This document shows, in pieces, positions 32,817 to 45,839 of a stretch of 64,000 nucleotides of DNA. How positions within the stretch are numbered: the first letter of the stretch is position 1; each line of letters opens with the position of its first letter. The position numbers were made by a program, and so were the translations under genes. Source of the stretch: Kofleriaceae bacterium (GTDB taxonomy: Bacteria > Myxococcota_A > Polyangia > Haliangiales > Haliangiaceae); contig CBDCCZ010000042.1 of the NCBI GenBank assembly GCA_965215005.1, positions 160,001 to 224,000 on the forward strand. Direction: 5' to 3'. Under the pieces are notes generated by a model. That model was not told where the DNA came from and did not search any database. It worked only from the letters and a program-made list of their open reading frames with translations.

Positions 32817-33386
32817 ATGCGGCTCATCCACGGCATCCTTGCCAGCTTATTTCCGCCGCGACCGGAGCCGATTGCAGAGCTGCGCGCCGGCGTGCGCGCC
32901 ACGGTACGCGGCGTGCTCGTCCCGCGCGACCAGATCGACAGCCCCCTCACCGAAGATCGCTGCGTCTATTATCAATACACCGTCGAGGAATGGCGGCGCT
33001 CGCAGGTCGTTGGCATCGGCTCTGATGGCTTTTGGGAGGTCATCGAACACGACGCCGCTATCGTCGAATTCTACGTGCAAGACGATACCGGCCGCGCCAT
33101 CGTCTCGCCGGAGCGCGTCAACGTGGAACGCGGTCGCCGCATCGGCGTGCAACACGTCGAGTTCGGCATCAATCGCCGCGCCCAACAGCTGCTTTTGATG
33201 GCTGGCGACACCGTCGAAATCAGCGGCGAGGTCGAGCGAGTCATCGACGTCTTCGATGAAGCGCGCGGCTTTCGCGCCTCGCCGGAGCGGCTGCTTTTGC
33301 GTGCACCTGCAAGTGACACGCTGGAGATTCGCCTCTTGGCCCGCGGCGCCGGTCTCGGCGACGCCGCCGGCAAGCTCGGGGCCTAG
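32817..33386 (+). CDS. GIDE domain-like protein
   Basis: SPLT...CVYYQYTVEE, FYVQDDTGRAIV, L..GDTV.I.G pattern. Confidence 0.7.
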   Translation: MRLIHGILASLFPPRPEPIAELRAGVRATVRGVLVPRDQIDSPLTEDRCVYYQYTVEEWRRSQVVGIGSDGFWEVIEHDAAIVEFYVQDDTGRAIVSPERVNVERGRRIGVQHVEFGINRRAQQLLLMAGDTVEISGEVERVIDVFDEARGFRASPERLLLRAPASDTLEIRLLARGAGLGDAAGKLGA

Positions 33387-33422
33387 CGCCGAGCAGCGAA
33401 CTTCGCGCTGTCGCCGCTGCGG

Positions 33423-33997
33423 CTACTTGATGAGCCGCGAGAGCGCCTTGAAGTGCTCGGAGTCGGCGCGGCGCAACACATCAAAGCAGGCCACCTCGGT
33501 GGCGGAGACGAAGGCGCCTGCGCGACGCATGAGCTCGAGGCCGATGGTGTGGTTCTCGCGGGTGCGCGAGCACACCGCGTCGGCCAACACGTGCACCGAG
33601 GCACCCCGCTGGCAGAGCTGGCGAACGCTTTGATACACGCAGACGTGAGTCTCCATGCCGACGACGAGCCAGGTGCGACGGCCAAGCTTGCTCCACGCGT
33701 CTTCGAAGGCAGGCGCCTCACACGCCGAGAACTCGATCTTGTCGTAGCTGTGGAGCGCCTCGCCCAGCGGCTCGAGCGCCTCGCGCACCGCCGTTATCGT
33801 GTCGCCGAGCCCCTTGGGATACTGGCGCGTGAGCACCACGGGCAGCTCGAAGCGGCGCGCCAGCTCGGCGAGGATGGCGACGTTTCGTTCCAGCCGCGCG
33901 ACAAGCTCGCCTGGCATCACCTGCGCGAGCCGCTGCTGAATGTCGATGACGAGCAGCGCCGCATCGGCGGGCTCGATCGCGAGCGTAGAGCCGGCGT

Positions 33998-34001
<4 letters not shown>
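33423..34001 (-). CDS. Isochorismatase family hydrolase
   Basis: LLVIDIQ, QYPKGLG.T, K..FS, GMETHVCVYQ. Confidence 0.92.
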
Positions 34002-36787
<2,786 letters not shown>

Positions 36788-36883
36788 GGGAGCTTCCAGC
36801 TATCGCACACCCTACGCCTGCAATTCCACACGCGGCCGGGGCTCGCTGCGGCCGACAGCCGCGTCACGACCCACGCGGCGGCG

Positions 36884-36919
36884 ACCAGCGATTCACGGCG
36901 ACGTCGCGAACCGCTAGCA
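36884..36919 (-). repeat. Hairpin-only copy of the dispersed repeat
   Basis: ACCAGCGATTCACGGCGACGTCGCGAACCGCTAGCA resembles the reverse complement of 13590-13626. Confidence 0.75.
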
Positions 36920-36932
36920 GCGCCGACGGCGA

Positions 36933-37985
36933 CTAATTCACTTTGGGGGTCAGCTGCTCGAGATGCTCGCGGATCATCTGCTCCGCCAAGCTCGGGACCA
37001 CTTCCCACACCACGCGCTCCACCGTATCGAGGCTAATCCGCAGGAGCGCGTGCATCTCGGGGCTATCGGCAGCGATGCCGAGCTGCTCGGCGGCCGCGGC
37101 CATGGCATCGGAGGCGGCCTTGGCGATCTGCGCGGTGAGCAGCGACGGCCGCTTGGTCGGAGTGCCGGAGATCATCGGCGCCCGCGCCGATGGCGGCTGC
37201 GGCAGGCCCGCCGGCGGGGTTGGCAACGCCCGATCTGCGGCCACGCCCGGCGACGCGGACGGACCGCGCCCCATGCCGCCATCGCCCGTGGCGCTCGACG
37301 GCTGAGCGGCTGGAGTGGGCGTCATCTGCGGCTTGCGCGGCTCACTCGGAGACGCCGCCATGCCGGGCTTGGCCATCGACGGCGGCATCTTGATGGTCGG
37401 CATTCCCATGATGGTTGCCGAACGTTGCGCCGCAGCCGCGGCCGCGGCGCTTTGCGCATTGGCAGTCGCGCTCGGGGTGGGCGGGGGCTTGTTTGCCGCC
37501 GCGGGCCGCGAGGCCATCGCCGGCGAGGGAATGCTCGGCAGCGGCGTGGTCGCGGCGGCGGCGCCGCTGTTGAGACCGGCCGGGCTCGCGGCGCTCGCAC
37601 TCGGGCCTTGCTGGGCAAACTTCTCCAGCAGCTCGCCGACCTTGTCGAGCATCTGCTGGGTGTCCCACGGCTTGGTGAGATAGCCGTCTGCGCCTACCTG
37701 CGCACCCTTGGTGGCATTGTAGGGCTCGGAGTTGCCGCACAGCAGCACCACCGGCACGTCCGCAAGCTCCGGATCGGCCTTGAGCTCACTGCACAGATCG
37801 TAGCCGGTCTTGCCGGGCATGAGCGCGTCCGCCAGGATCAAGCTCGGTCGCTTGGCGCGGGCCCGTTGCAGCGCTTCGTCCGCGCTGCGGGCGCCAACAT
37901 ATTCGTACTCACTCGCGCGGAAGGTAATCTCCGCGACGGTCTGCATCGTCTGGCTGTCGTCGGCGCAAAGGATGGTCTTCGACAC
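36933..37985 (-). CDS. romR: RomR-like polarity response regulator
   Basis: Receiver domain, Pro/Ala-rich linker, C-terminal ERVVWEVVPSLAEQMIRE; directly upstream of valS as in Myxococcus xanthus. Confidence 0.8.
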   Translation of the reverse strand: MSKTILCADDSQTMQTVAEITFRASEYEYVGARSADEALQRARAKRPSLILADALMPGKTGYDLCSELKADPELADVPVVLLCGNSEPYNATKGAQVGADGYLTKPWDTQQMLDKVGELLEKFAQQGPSASAASPAGLNSGAAAATTPLPSIPSPAMASRPAAANKPPPTPSATANAQSAAAAAAAQRSATIMGMPTIKMPPSMAKPGMAASPSEPRKPQMTPTPAAQPSSATGDGGMGRGPSASPGVAADRALPTPPAGLPQPPSARAPMISGTPTKRPSLLTAQIAKAASDAMAAAAEQLGIAADSPEMHALLRISLDTVERVVWEVVPSLAEQMIREHLEQLTPKVN

Positions 37986-38418
37986 TCGGTCCTCCGACTC
38001 GGCTGCTGCGGGGCGAGGCATGGGCCCGGATCCCGTCCCGTTGAGCCCGCGTTTGCGGGCTTCGCTCCTGTCACGTGGTATCACGCAAATCTCGGCACTG
38101 TCAATTTAACCCCCTAATAACCGGCGCCTTTTCCGCCTTCGCGGCATCGGCGCAGGGCTTCGCAGCGCTCCATCTGGGCGCATGGTGGGCGAAGTGCCCG
38201 CAGCGCAGCTGCCGCTGCAGCGCGCTCGACCGTCGTGGGCTCGCGTGCGGCCGCGTCGACGGCGCGCGCCTCGCCGAGGGCCGAGAACGAGGCGAGTTTA
38301 TCGGCTGTCCCGTGCGCCATCGGACACGGGTCACGACCATGGGATCGTGGGGCCGGCGTGAGGCTTCCGACGAGCGCCGAGCACGGAATGTCTTACGCAA
38401 GCGAAACGACGTCGCCCT

Positions 38419-38973
38419 TCAGTCGAGGAGTTCGCCACGAACGAGCCCAACAAACTCGGGGGCACTCGATTGAAGCCGCCCGAGCAGTACATGAAAAGGT
38501 ACTTGAGGGCGGCTGAGATCGGCTGCTTGCTGGCGCAATAGCTCGACGACAACAGCGGGATTCAAATCGAAGATGTTACAGAGGAATTCGTCGGGAGATT
38601 GCGCCTCTATGCCGTCAGGTAAAGACCTAAAGTCCTTGAGATTATGGGTTGTGATGACCTGTGCTCCGGCCATTACAGCAGCAGCAACCACGTGGCGATC
38701 CTTCTTGTCGTTCTGCATCGCTGGTGTGAGGTGCTGGTACCCGGTGATCTCAGCGTCTGGAAATGCCTCCTCCATGGCGCGACGGAGCCTTAGGGCCTGC
38801 TCAACTTGCATTTTGCGATGCGACACAAGGTTGCGCTCCATCTCATCGAGAATCTCGGCACTCCAGCGCAACTGGTACAGCTCCGACTCTGCTGAACGCA
38901 GGAGCGTATCCCTCAGAGTGAACGGAAACAGAACGCACGCATCCAGGACAACGACAAAGTTTGCTGCGATCAT
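38419..38973 (-). CDS. PIN domain protein (VapC-like toxin)
   Basis: VVLDACVL, ILDE, DKKDRHVVAAA, T.NLKDF, PDEFL. Confidence 0.9.
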   Translation of the reverse strand: MIAANFVVVLDACVLFPFTLRDTLLRSAESELYQLRWSAEILDEMERNLVSHRKMQVEQALRLRRAMEEAFPDAEITGYQHLTPAMQNDKKDRHVVAAAVMAGAQVITTHNLKDFRSLPDGIEAQSPDEFLCNIFDLNPAVVVELLRQQAADLSRPQVPFHVLLGRLQSSAPEFVGLVRGELLD

Positions 38974-39023
38974 CCCCCCTCCGGTGCGGCAACGGCCTAG
39001 GTTCTACAGGCCGCCACCGTCAG

Positions 39024-39524
39024 CTAATCATCCTCGTCGTCATAGCCTCCGAGCTCCTGAGTAAGTTGCGATAGCTTGCGCAGTGAAGAACGACGCTCGC
39101 TGTCGCGACGCGCTTTGAAGCCAAGAACATCGTCGATTTGAACGCGCCGATGCTTGCCTGTTCGCGTGTAGGGGATTCGCCCTTCGTCCAAAAGACGCAC
39201 CAGATATTGCCGTGAGACATTGAGGATATTCGCGGCCTGCTGCGTCGTTAGCTGCTTTCCAACGGGCACAACGGTGATGGAGTCTCCGCGGGCCATAACC
39301 TCTGCTACGCGCTCGAGCACGTAGAAGATCGACTCCGGGAGAGGAATGGTCTCACCGTTTGGACCGACGAGTTTGCACGCAGGGGCGGTTAATTGTGCGG
39401 GATGAAGCATTCCCTCCAACGCTTTGGCGAGCCGGAGAACTTCGGAACGCTGGTCAACCGGAGCCGCAATCGGTGTCATCCGACGAACTCGGTCTTCCAG
39501 CGAATTCACCTGTGGGGCAGCCAT
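39024..39524 (-). CDS. Excisionase-type HTH DNA-binding protein (antitoxin-like)
   Basis: LTTQQAANILNVSRQYLVRLLDEGRIP..GKHRR; GGAGG RBS upstream. Confidence 0.9.
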   Translation of the reverse strand: MAAPQVNSLEDRVRRMTPIAAPVDQRSEVLRLAKALEGMLHPAQLTAPACKLVGPNGETIPLPESIFYVLERVAEVMARGDSITVVPVGKQLTTQQAANILNVSRQYLVRLLDEGRIPYTRTGKHRRVQIDDVLGFKARRDSERRSSLRKLSQLTQELGGYDDEDD

Positions 39525-39555
39525 GATTTGGACCTCCTGGACCAGGCTTAGGTGA

Positions 39556-39596
39556 AAAGCGACGTAAACGCAACCTAAAGCGACGTAAACGCAACC
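39556..39596. promoter_or_regulatory. Perfect 20-bp direct repeat (21-bp period) upstream of the HTH-PIN operon, candidate operator
   Basis: AAAGCGACGTAAACGCAACC at 39556 and 39577. Confidence 0.6.
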
Positions 39597-40027
39597 CGGG
39601 GCAGGATAAAAGAATCCGTCGCCAGCTCGTGTCTTCGTGATGGCGCGCCTCCCACCGCGGGGTAGCGGCCGCCATCGAGGGAGCGAGCTTCCGGATCCAG
39701 GTGGTTTTCTGCCGCTCATCGAAGTCGCGGGTTGCGTATCGACGAAATTTCCGGCGTATCGACGGCGGAAGGAGGAGCGCGTGGCGGCGCCTGCCGTTGG
39801 TGGCTCATCGAGTCGGGCCCACGTCTGTCCATCGTTGTCCGAGACCACAGGCAGACCACCCTTTGGAACGAAAGAGTCATTGGCCACGGCCGCGCGACTC
39901 GCGAGGCCACGCTCGTCGTTCCATACGTGTGCGGCGAGTCGGCGCCGTTGCTCCCGCCGCCGCGTCTGCCGCCGCCGTTGCCACGCCCTCGACCGCCGTA
40001 GGTCCGCCGAGTACCATCTCGCCCCTG

Positions 40028-41755
40028 ATGTCGTCTCTCCTCAATCCGTTCGCCGGTGCAGCAGCTCGGTCGGTCGCGGCCGCGCTCAGCGTCGATGCCG
40101 ACGTCTTTACCGTAAGCGCGCCTCCCAAGCCCGAGCTCGGCGACTTTGCCGTCGGCTGCTTTCCCGCCGCCAAGCTCCTCGGCGAGTCGCCGGCCAAGCT
40201 CGCCGAGCGCGCGGCTGCTGCGTTCACCCCCGATGCGCACCTCACTCACGCCCGCGCGACCGGGCCGTTCGTCAACTTTCGCGCCGACCGGCCAGCGCTG
40301 TTTCGCACGCTGGCCTCGGCCACCCTTTCCAGCGTCGCCGAGGCGCCCGCGCTCATTCCCGCAATCGGCGCCGGTAAGACCATCGCTATCGACTATTCGT
40401 CGCCCAACATCTCCAAGCATCTGGCCTACCACCACATCCGCTCCACCGTTCTTGGGCAGGTATTAAAGAACCTCTACGCCGCGCTCGGCTATCGCGCGGT
40501 TGGGATCAATCACCTCGGCGACTGGGGCACGACCCACGGCATGCTATTGGCCGCGGTCGAGCGCTTCGGGCTCCCCGAACCGCTGGACATCGCCGCGCTC
40601 AATCAGCTCTATGTTCGCTACCGCAGCGCCATCGAAACCGACCCCAGCCTAGAAGACGCGGCACGAGCGTGGTTCGCTCGGCTCGAAGGTGGCGATGCCG
40701 AGGCACGGGCGCTGTGGCAGCGATTCCGAGACGTCTCGTGGGCCGAGTTTGCCGAGGTCTATTCGCTGCTCGGCGTCGACTTCGACGAGGTTCGCGGCGA
40801 GAGCGCCTATCAAGACGCCATGGCGGGGGTGATGGAGCTGCTGGCGGCAAAGAACCTGGTGGCGGAGAGCGAGGGCGCCAAGGTCGTGCATCTCGAAGAC
40901 GTCGGCATCAAGACCCCGCTGCTACTCGAAAAACAAGACGGCACCACCCTCTATGCCACCCGCGATATCGCCGCCGCGTTGTATCGCTGGCAGACGTATC
41001 AGTTCGAAAAGAGCCTGTACGTGGTCGATCGCGGCCAATCGCTGCACTTTCAGCAGTTATTTGCCACGCTCGCCAAGGCGGAGCTTGCGTGGGCGGCGCG
41101 CTGCGAGCACATCGCGTTTGGCTTGGTGCGGATGGGCGGCAAGAAGACCGGCACTCGCAGCGGCCGGGTGATCCTGCTCCGCGAGGTGCTCGACCAGGCG
41201 ATCGAAAAAGCGCGCGCGATCGTGCGCGAAAACAATCCCGACATGCCCGACGCAGAGCTCGAGGTCATCGCCCGTCAGGTCGGCCTTGGCGGGGTGATGT
41301 TCTTCAACCTGAGCTCGCAACGCGAGAAGGACGTCGACTTCGACCTCGAGACGGTGATCTCGACCAAAGGCGACACTGGGCCGTATCTGCAATACGCGCA
41401 CGCGCGCTGCGCGAGCATCTTGCGCAAAGCAGACCTCGAGCCGAGCTCGGAGGCCGATTTTTCGCTCCTCACCAGCGACGCGGAGTGGCGACTGGCGCGA
41501 CGGCTCATCGAGCTCGGCGAAGTGGTCGCGGGCGCCGCTGCGTCGAGCGAGCCGCATCACCTCAGCCGCTACCTCCTGGACGTCTGCGCGCTGTACTCGG
41601 CCTGGTATACGGCCGGCAACGGCGACGCGTCGCTGCGGGTTCTCTGCGACGATCGCGCGACCCGAGCGGCGCGGGTCGCGCTGGTCGGCGCCACCAAAGG
41701 GGTGCTGCGACGCGGGCTGGCGCTGCTCAACATCGAAGCGCCCGACCAGATGTAG
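40028..41755 (+). CDS. argS: Arginine--tRNA ligase
   Basis: DYSSPN, NHLGDWG, GES.Y, DGTTLYATRD, GDTGPYLQYAHAR, C-terminal APDQM. Confidence 0.96.
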   Translation: MSSLLNPFAGAAARSVAAALSVDADVFTVSAPPKPELGDFAVGCFPAAKLLGESPAKLAERAAAAFTPDAHLTHARATGPFVNFRADRPALFRTLASATLSSVAEAPALIPAIGAGKTIAIDYSSPNISKHLAYHHIRSTVLGQVLKNLYAALGYRAVGINHLGDWGTTHGMLLAAVERFGLPEPLDIAALNQLYVRYRSAIETDPSLEDAARAWFARLEGGDAEARALWQRFRDVSWAEFAEVYSLLGVDFDEVRGESAYQDAMAGVMELLAAKNLVAESEGAKVVHLEDVGIKTPLLLEKQDGTTLYATRDIAAALYRWQTYQFEKSLYVVDRGQSLHFQQLFATLAKAELAWAARCEHIAFGLVRMGGKKTGTRSGRVILLREVLDQAIEKARAIVRENNPDMPDAELEVIARQVGLGGVMFFNLSSQREKDVDFDLETVISTKGDTGPYLQYAHARCASILRKADLEPSSEADFSLLTSDAEWRLARRLIELGEVVAGAAASSEPHHLSRYLLDVCALYSAWYTAGNGDASLRVLCDDRATRAARVALVGATKGVLRRGLALLNIEAPDQM

Positions 41756-41897
41756 GCCCGCGAGAAAGACGCTCGCCGCCGCGCCGCCATCTGCTCACAC
41801 GCCCCTCCATCACCGCCAAAAAAATTAGCATTCTGGATAACGTTTTATCCGTGGCCCTTACATTTTTTTCACGGCCAGGTCGATAGCATGAGCAGGA

Positions 41898-43484
41898 ATG
41901 AAGGAGCGGGTGGAAGCCGAGACAGGTCACGTCGAACCCATCGCCCGCGTGGCGCAGTACGACGTGCTGCGCGGCATCGGCCAAGGCGGCATGGCTCACG
42001 TCTACCTCGGACGCCATCAACTGCTCGGGCGACTCGCGGCGATAAAGATTCTTCATCCTGACCAAGCCGGCGATCCGAAGATGCGCCAGCGCTTCCTCAA
42101 CGAAGCCCGGGCAGTCTCCGCGATCAGTCATCCCAACGTGGTGACGCTCTATGAGCTCGGGCAGACCCCGCGCGGCGACACCTATCTGGTGATGGAGTAT
42201 CTCGCCGGCGAGACTCTAGGGCAGCGCATCAAGGGCCGGCGCGTGCTCGAGCTTCGCGAAGCGCTCGAGGTATCCCGGCAGGTCGCCTCGGCGCTGCTCG
42301 CCGCGCACCAGGTGGGCGTCATCCACCGCGACCTCAAGCCTTCAAACGTGATGTTGGTGCCCGGTGAGGACGGCCAGGAAGAGAGCGCCAAAGTTCTCGA
42401 CTTCGGCATTGCCAAGCTCTGGGAGGACGGCGGCGAAGACGATGGCCTCACCCGAACCGGAGCGGTGGTGGGGACTCCGGCGTTCATGTCACCGGAGCAA
42501 TGTCGCGGCACCGGCGAGATCGATCACCGCTCGGACATCTACAGCCTTGGCGTGTTGATGTATCGGCTGGTCACCGGCCGCTGCCCGTTCGAGTCGCGCG
42601 GCGCCGGCGAGATCATCGGGATGCACCTCTACATGCCGCCAATGGCTCCTGCGGCACACGGCGCGCGCATTCCGGCCGCGTTCGAGCAGCTCATCCTGCG
42701 CTGTCTGGAGAAAGAGCCGCGAGATCGCTTCGCAGACATGCAAGCGCTGATCGAGGGGCTCGAAGCGATCATCGCGACGCTGGGCACGCGCGGCAGCAGC
42801 ATCGAGCTGCCGCTGATGGCGCCCCGCGAAGAAGCCGAGATTCTGCCTTCTTCGCGCGCCGAGACCGGCGATGCCTCCGGCGATTATCTCGGCCATGCGG
42901 GTGCGAAGGCGGGGGAGTGGGAGCCGGTGCTCGAGCCTTCGACACCGGCGCCCCGGTCTGCGTGGCCGCGGCGGGTGTTGCTCCTTGGCGCCATGAGCGC
43001 GCTCGGTTTGACGTTGGGCTATTTCCTCAGCAGACCACCAGCGGCGGCGGCACCAGCGGCGGCGATACCCGCCAACGTCTCGCCGGCGCCCGTCGCCCCC
43101 ATCGCCGCGCCACCGAGCGCCTCCACGCCGACAGCCGCGGCACCGGCCATCGCGCCAGAAGCGAGAAAGCCAGAAGCGACCGTGGCCGTAGCTCCAGCCG
43201 AGCGCTCGAAGCTCACGCACCAGACGAGCCAGGACAACCCGGCTTCAGAGATCGCCGATTCTGACGATACCCCCAAGGATGGCGTATCTGTCGGCACGGA
43301 GGACTCTGACGGCGGGGATCCGAGCGAGACTGCCAAACCCAGCGAGCGTGAGGCCAAGGCTGCCAGCCGACCCGAACCAGCGCGTTCGCGCCGGCGCCCG
43401 CGCGCCCGACGCAGCGCGCGACCCGAGCGGCCACGCCCCGCGGCCAAGACCGACACCTATGACTTCGAAAAACCAGTTTTCTAG
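41898..43484 (+). CDS. Membrane Ser/Thr protein kinase
   Basis: GQGGMA, AIK, HRDLKPSN, DFG, SPE; one TM then Pro-rich tail. Confidence 0.95.
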   Translation: MKERVEAETGHVEPIARVAQYDVLRGIGQGGMAHVYLGRHQLLGRLAAIKILHPDQAGDPKMRQRFLNEARAVSAISHPNVVTLYELGQTPRGDTYLVMEYLAGETLGQRIKGRRVLELREALEVSRQVASALLAAHQVGVIHRDLKPSNVMLVPGEDGQEESAKVLDFGIAKLWEDGGEDDGLTRTGAVVGTPAFMSPEQCRGTGEIDHRSDIYSLGVLMYRLVTGRCPFESRGAGEIIGMHLYMPPMAPAAHGARIPAAFEQLILRCLEKEPRDRFADMQALIEGLEAIIATLGTRGSSIELPLMAPREEAEILPSSRAETGDASGDYLGHAGAKAGEWEPVLEPSTPAPRSAWPRRVLLLGAMSALGLTLGYFLSRPPAAAAPAAAIPANVSPAPVAPIAAPPSASTPTAAAPAIAPEARKPEATVAVAPAERSKLTHQTSQDNPASEIADSDDTPKDGVSVGTEDSDGGDPSETAKPSEREAKAASRPEPARSRRRPRARRSARPERPRPAAKTDTYDFEKPVF

Positions 43485-44271
43485 CCTCGCCGTGCTGGCG
43501 GCGATCGCGTGCCTGGCGTGGTGGCCGGCGCGCGCTGCCGGCGAAGAATCGCGTGGCGAAGCCGATCCAGCCTATCGCGAGGCCTTCGTCGCGGGCCGCG
43601 CGCACTTCGATAGCGGCGAGTGGGCGGCTGCACGGGATGCCTTTCAGCGCGCCTATGACCTGCAGCCCACTCCGCTCCTGCTCTTCAACATCGCCTCTAC
43701 CTATCGTCGCGAAGACCAGCAAGCGCAAGCGCTGGCCATGTATCGCAAGTTCCTTGCCGAAGCCGCCGAAGACGATGAGCTGCGGCCGCTCGCTGCCAAC
43801 GTAATCGCCGAGATCGAAGCCGAGCTCGAACAAGACCGCACGCCGCCTGCCCCCGCGCCGCCCGCCCCCGCGCCGCCCGCCGCGCCGCTCATCAACGACG
43901 CGGTGTCGCGCCCGGCCCCGGCACCCAACGCGGGACGCACGCTGCGCCTTGCCGGCGGCGGTTTTGCGGTGGCGGGCGGGCTGTTGCTCGGCTGGGGCGC
44001 CTTCGAAGCCGTGCGCGCTCGAGGTCACGCGGACTATGTAAACGACGTTCCGGCGGGAACGCCGTGGAGCTATGAGCTGCAAGACCGCTATGACCAGTCG
44101 CAACGAGGCAATGTCCGCGCCACCGTCGCCTGGTTTGCCGGCGGCGCAGCGCTGGCCACCGGCGTCACGCTGTACCTCGTCGGTCGGCGGGCAAAGAATC
44201 GCGAGCGGCTGGTCGTTGCGCCGTCGCTAACTCCGCGTCAGGGCCAGATTTTGGTTCGCGGCCACTTCTAG
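43459..44271 (+). CDS. Secreted TPR protein with C-terminal hydrophobic region
   Basis: Signal peptide; GEWAAARDAFQRAY, LLFNIA, YRKFL TPR pattern; overlaps the kinase end. Confidence 0.82.
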   Translation: MTSKNQFSSLAVLAAIACLAWWPARAAGEESRGEADPAYREAFVAGRAHFDSGEWAAARDAFQRAYDLQPTPLLLFNIASTYRREDQQAQALAMYRKFLAEAAEDDELRPLAANVIAEIEAELEQDRTPPAPAPPAPAPPAAPLINDAVSRPAPAPNAGRTLRLAGGGFAVAGGLLLGWGAFEAVRARGHADYVNDVPAGTPWSYELQDRYDQSQRGNVRATVAWFAGGAALATGVTLYLVGRRAKNRERLVVAPSLTPRQGQILVRGHF

Positions 44272-44286
44272 ATCGCAGGAGGGACG

Positions 44287-45723
44287 ATGTTGACTGTCTC
44301 TAACGTGTCCCACGCCCTCCGAGTCGCGATCACCGCCGCGACGCTATGTGTGAGCGCCTGCTCGTCCATCCAATTCGAAGATGGCGTCATTGCCTGCGGC
44401 GAAGCCGGCTGCCCCTCAGGGCTGCAGTGCGCCGCCGATGGCACCTGCCGCCGCTCCCCGCTTGGCGCTGCGGATGGCGCGCCAGAGGACGTCTTCGATG
44501 GTGGCGTGCCCGACGGGCGCACCAGCGACCCCGACCCCGACGCCTCGACACCTGAGGCCGATGGCGGCGTCATGGCCGAGGGCTGCGGCAAAACCACTCT
44601 CATCGCCGATGACTTCGACGACGGAATCCGCGACCCGATTTGGCGCGACTCGACGGGCGGCCCCCAGCTGGCCGAGGTCGACGGCGTGGCCCGCATCTCG
44701 GTCACCGGTCAAGGCTTTGCCAAATATCGCAGCGGGCTCGGCTATGACCTCACCGATTCCTACATCGCCGTCGAAGTCCCGCGCCTGCAAATCTTCGAGC
44801 AGGCTTCGGCGCTCCTCGGTATCGACTTCCGGTTCCCCAACGGCGAGGAGGGCAAGCTGCGGCTGCGCTATAAGAGCGGTCAGCTCGAAGGGCTCTTCGC
44901 GGTCGAGGGTAACCAGCTCACGATGTTCGGCGCGGTGCCTTACGAGCCCGTGGCGCATCGCTGGTGGCGCATCCGCGAGAGCGGCGGCACGGTCTACTTC
45001 GAGGCCTCCGCAAACGGCTCCCAATGGCAGCGCATCACCTCCGGCCCCGCGCCCTTTGCGCTCACGCACGTGCAAGTGCGCTTCATGGTCGGCAGCGACG
45101 ACCCGACCACCACCACCAGCAGCGCTGACTTCGATAACTTCAACGGCGGCACGCCGCAGGGCAGTCGTTGCGCCCTCTCGTCCTTGCGCGACGACTTCAG
45201 CGACTACATCGCGACGCTAGCGCAGGTCTTCACCTGGCAATCCGGCGACTGCTCGATCGACCCAAACGGCGGCCGCTTCAGCATTCGCTTCGTCCCCGGC
45301 GGCAATGCCTCGTGCGGGATGTACACCCGCAACGGCTATGACGGCCGCAACGCAGGACTTACCGTTCAGGTTCCAGAAGCAACCCCCAGCGGGTACACCT
45401 TCATCAAGCTCGACACCTTGGCCGGCGACTACGCCGAGATCGTCATCGATAGCGGCCAGGTGCGAGTGCGCACCCTGCGACAAGGCGGAAACGTCAACCA
45501 ACCGCTGTCGATGACCTACAACCCCGGAGCGCATCGCTGGTTCCGCTTTGGCGGCGATGAGGGCCGGCTCCTTCTCGAGGTCTCGAGCAACGCCACCACT
45601 TGGCAACGGATCTCGCTCGGCCCGCTGCCCTTCGACTTCTCGGCCGTTCGCCCCGCTCTTGGCGCCGGCGATGGCACCAGCACCGCGTCCACGACCAGCT
45701 TCGACGATATCGGCGGCCCGTAG
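44287..45723 (+). CDS. Cys-rich lipoprotein with two repeated beta-sandwich domains
   Basis: Lipobox VSAC; duplicated DDF...AHRW(W/F)R...E.S.N...W...FD units. Confidence 0.78.
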   Translation: MLTVSNVSHALRVAITAATLCVSACSSIQFEDGVIACGEAGCPSGLQCAADGTCRRSPLGAADGAPEDVFDGGVPDGRTSDPDPDASTPEADGGVMAEGCGKTTLIADDFDDGIRDPIWRDSTGGPQLAEVDGVARISVTGQGFAKYRSGLGYDLTDSYIAVEVPRLQIFEQASALLGIDFRFPNGEEGKLRLRYKSGQLEGLFAVEGNQLTMFGAVPYEPVAHRWWRIRESGGTVYFEASANGSQWQRITSGPAPFALTHVQVRFMVGSDDPTTTTSSADFDNFNGGTPQGSRCALSSLRDDFSDYIATLAQVFTWQSGDCSIDPNGGRFSIRFVPGGNASCGMYTRNGYDGRNAGLTVQVPEATPSGYTFIKLDTLAGDYAEIVIDSGQVRVRTLRQGGNVNQPLSMTYNPGAHRWFRFGGDEGRLLLEVSSNATTWQRISLGPLPFDFSAVRPALGAGDGTSTASTTSFDDIGGP

Positions 45724-45839
45724 ACTCCTCTAGCCCATTCCTAGCTCCTCTGCCCACGCTTGCGTGGACCAGCAGCCCTACGTAAGCTCCGGCGCTCGGT
45801 CGCTCATGGAAGTACTGCGGCCATCGCCGCTTCGACTCC

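Noticed and set aside
38101..38410. Possible transposase remnant or att site flanking the TA islet
   Set aside because: No recognisable transposase motif, tRNA or flanking direct repeat was found by eye.
39637..39887. Upstream extension of the HTH ORF with an Asp-box-like SDNDGQTW
   Set aside because: A single short motif, and a good RBS supports the 39524 start; too weak to call a pseudogene.
45721..45755. CTAG/CCTC-rich patch resembling the heptamer repeat
   Set aside because: Too degenerate to define repeat units.
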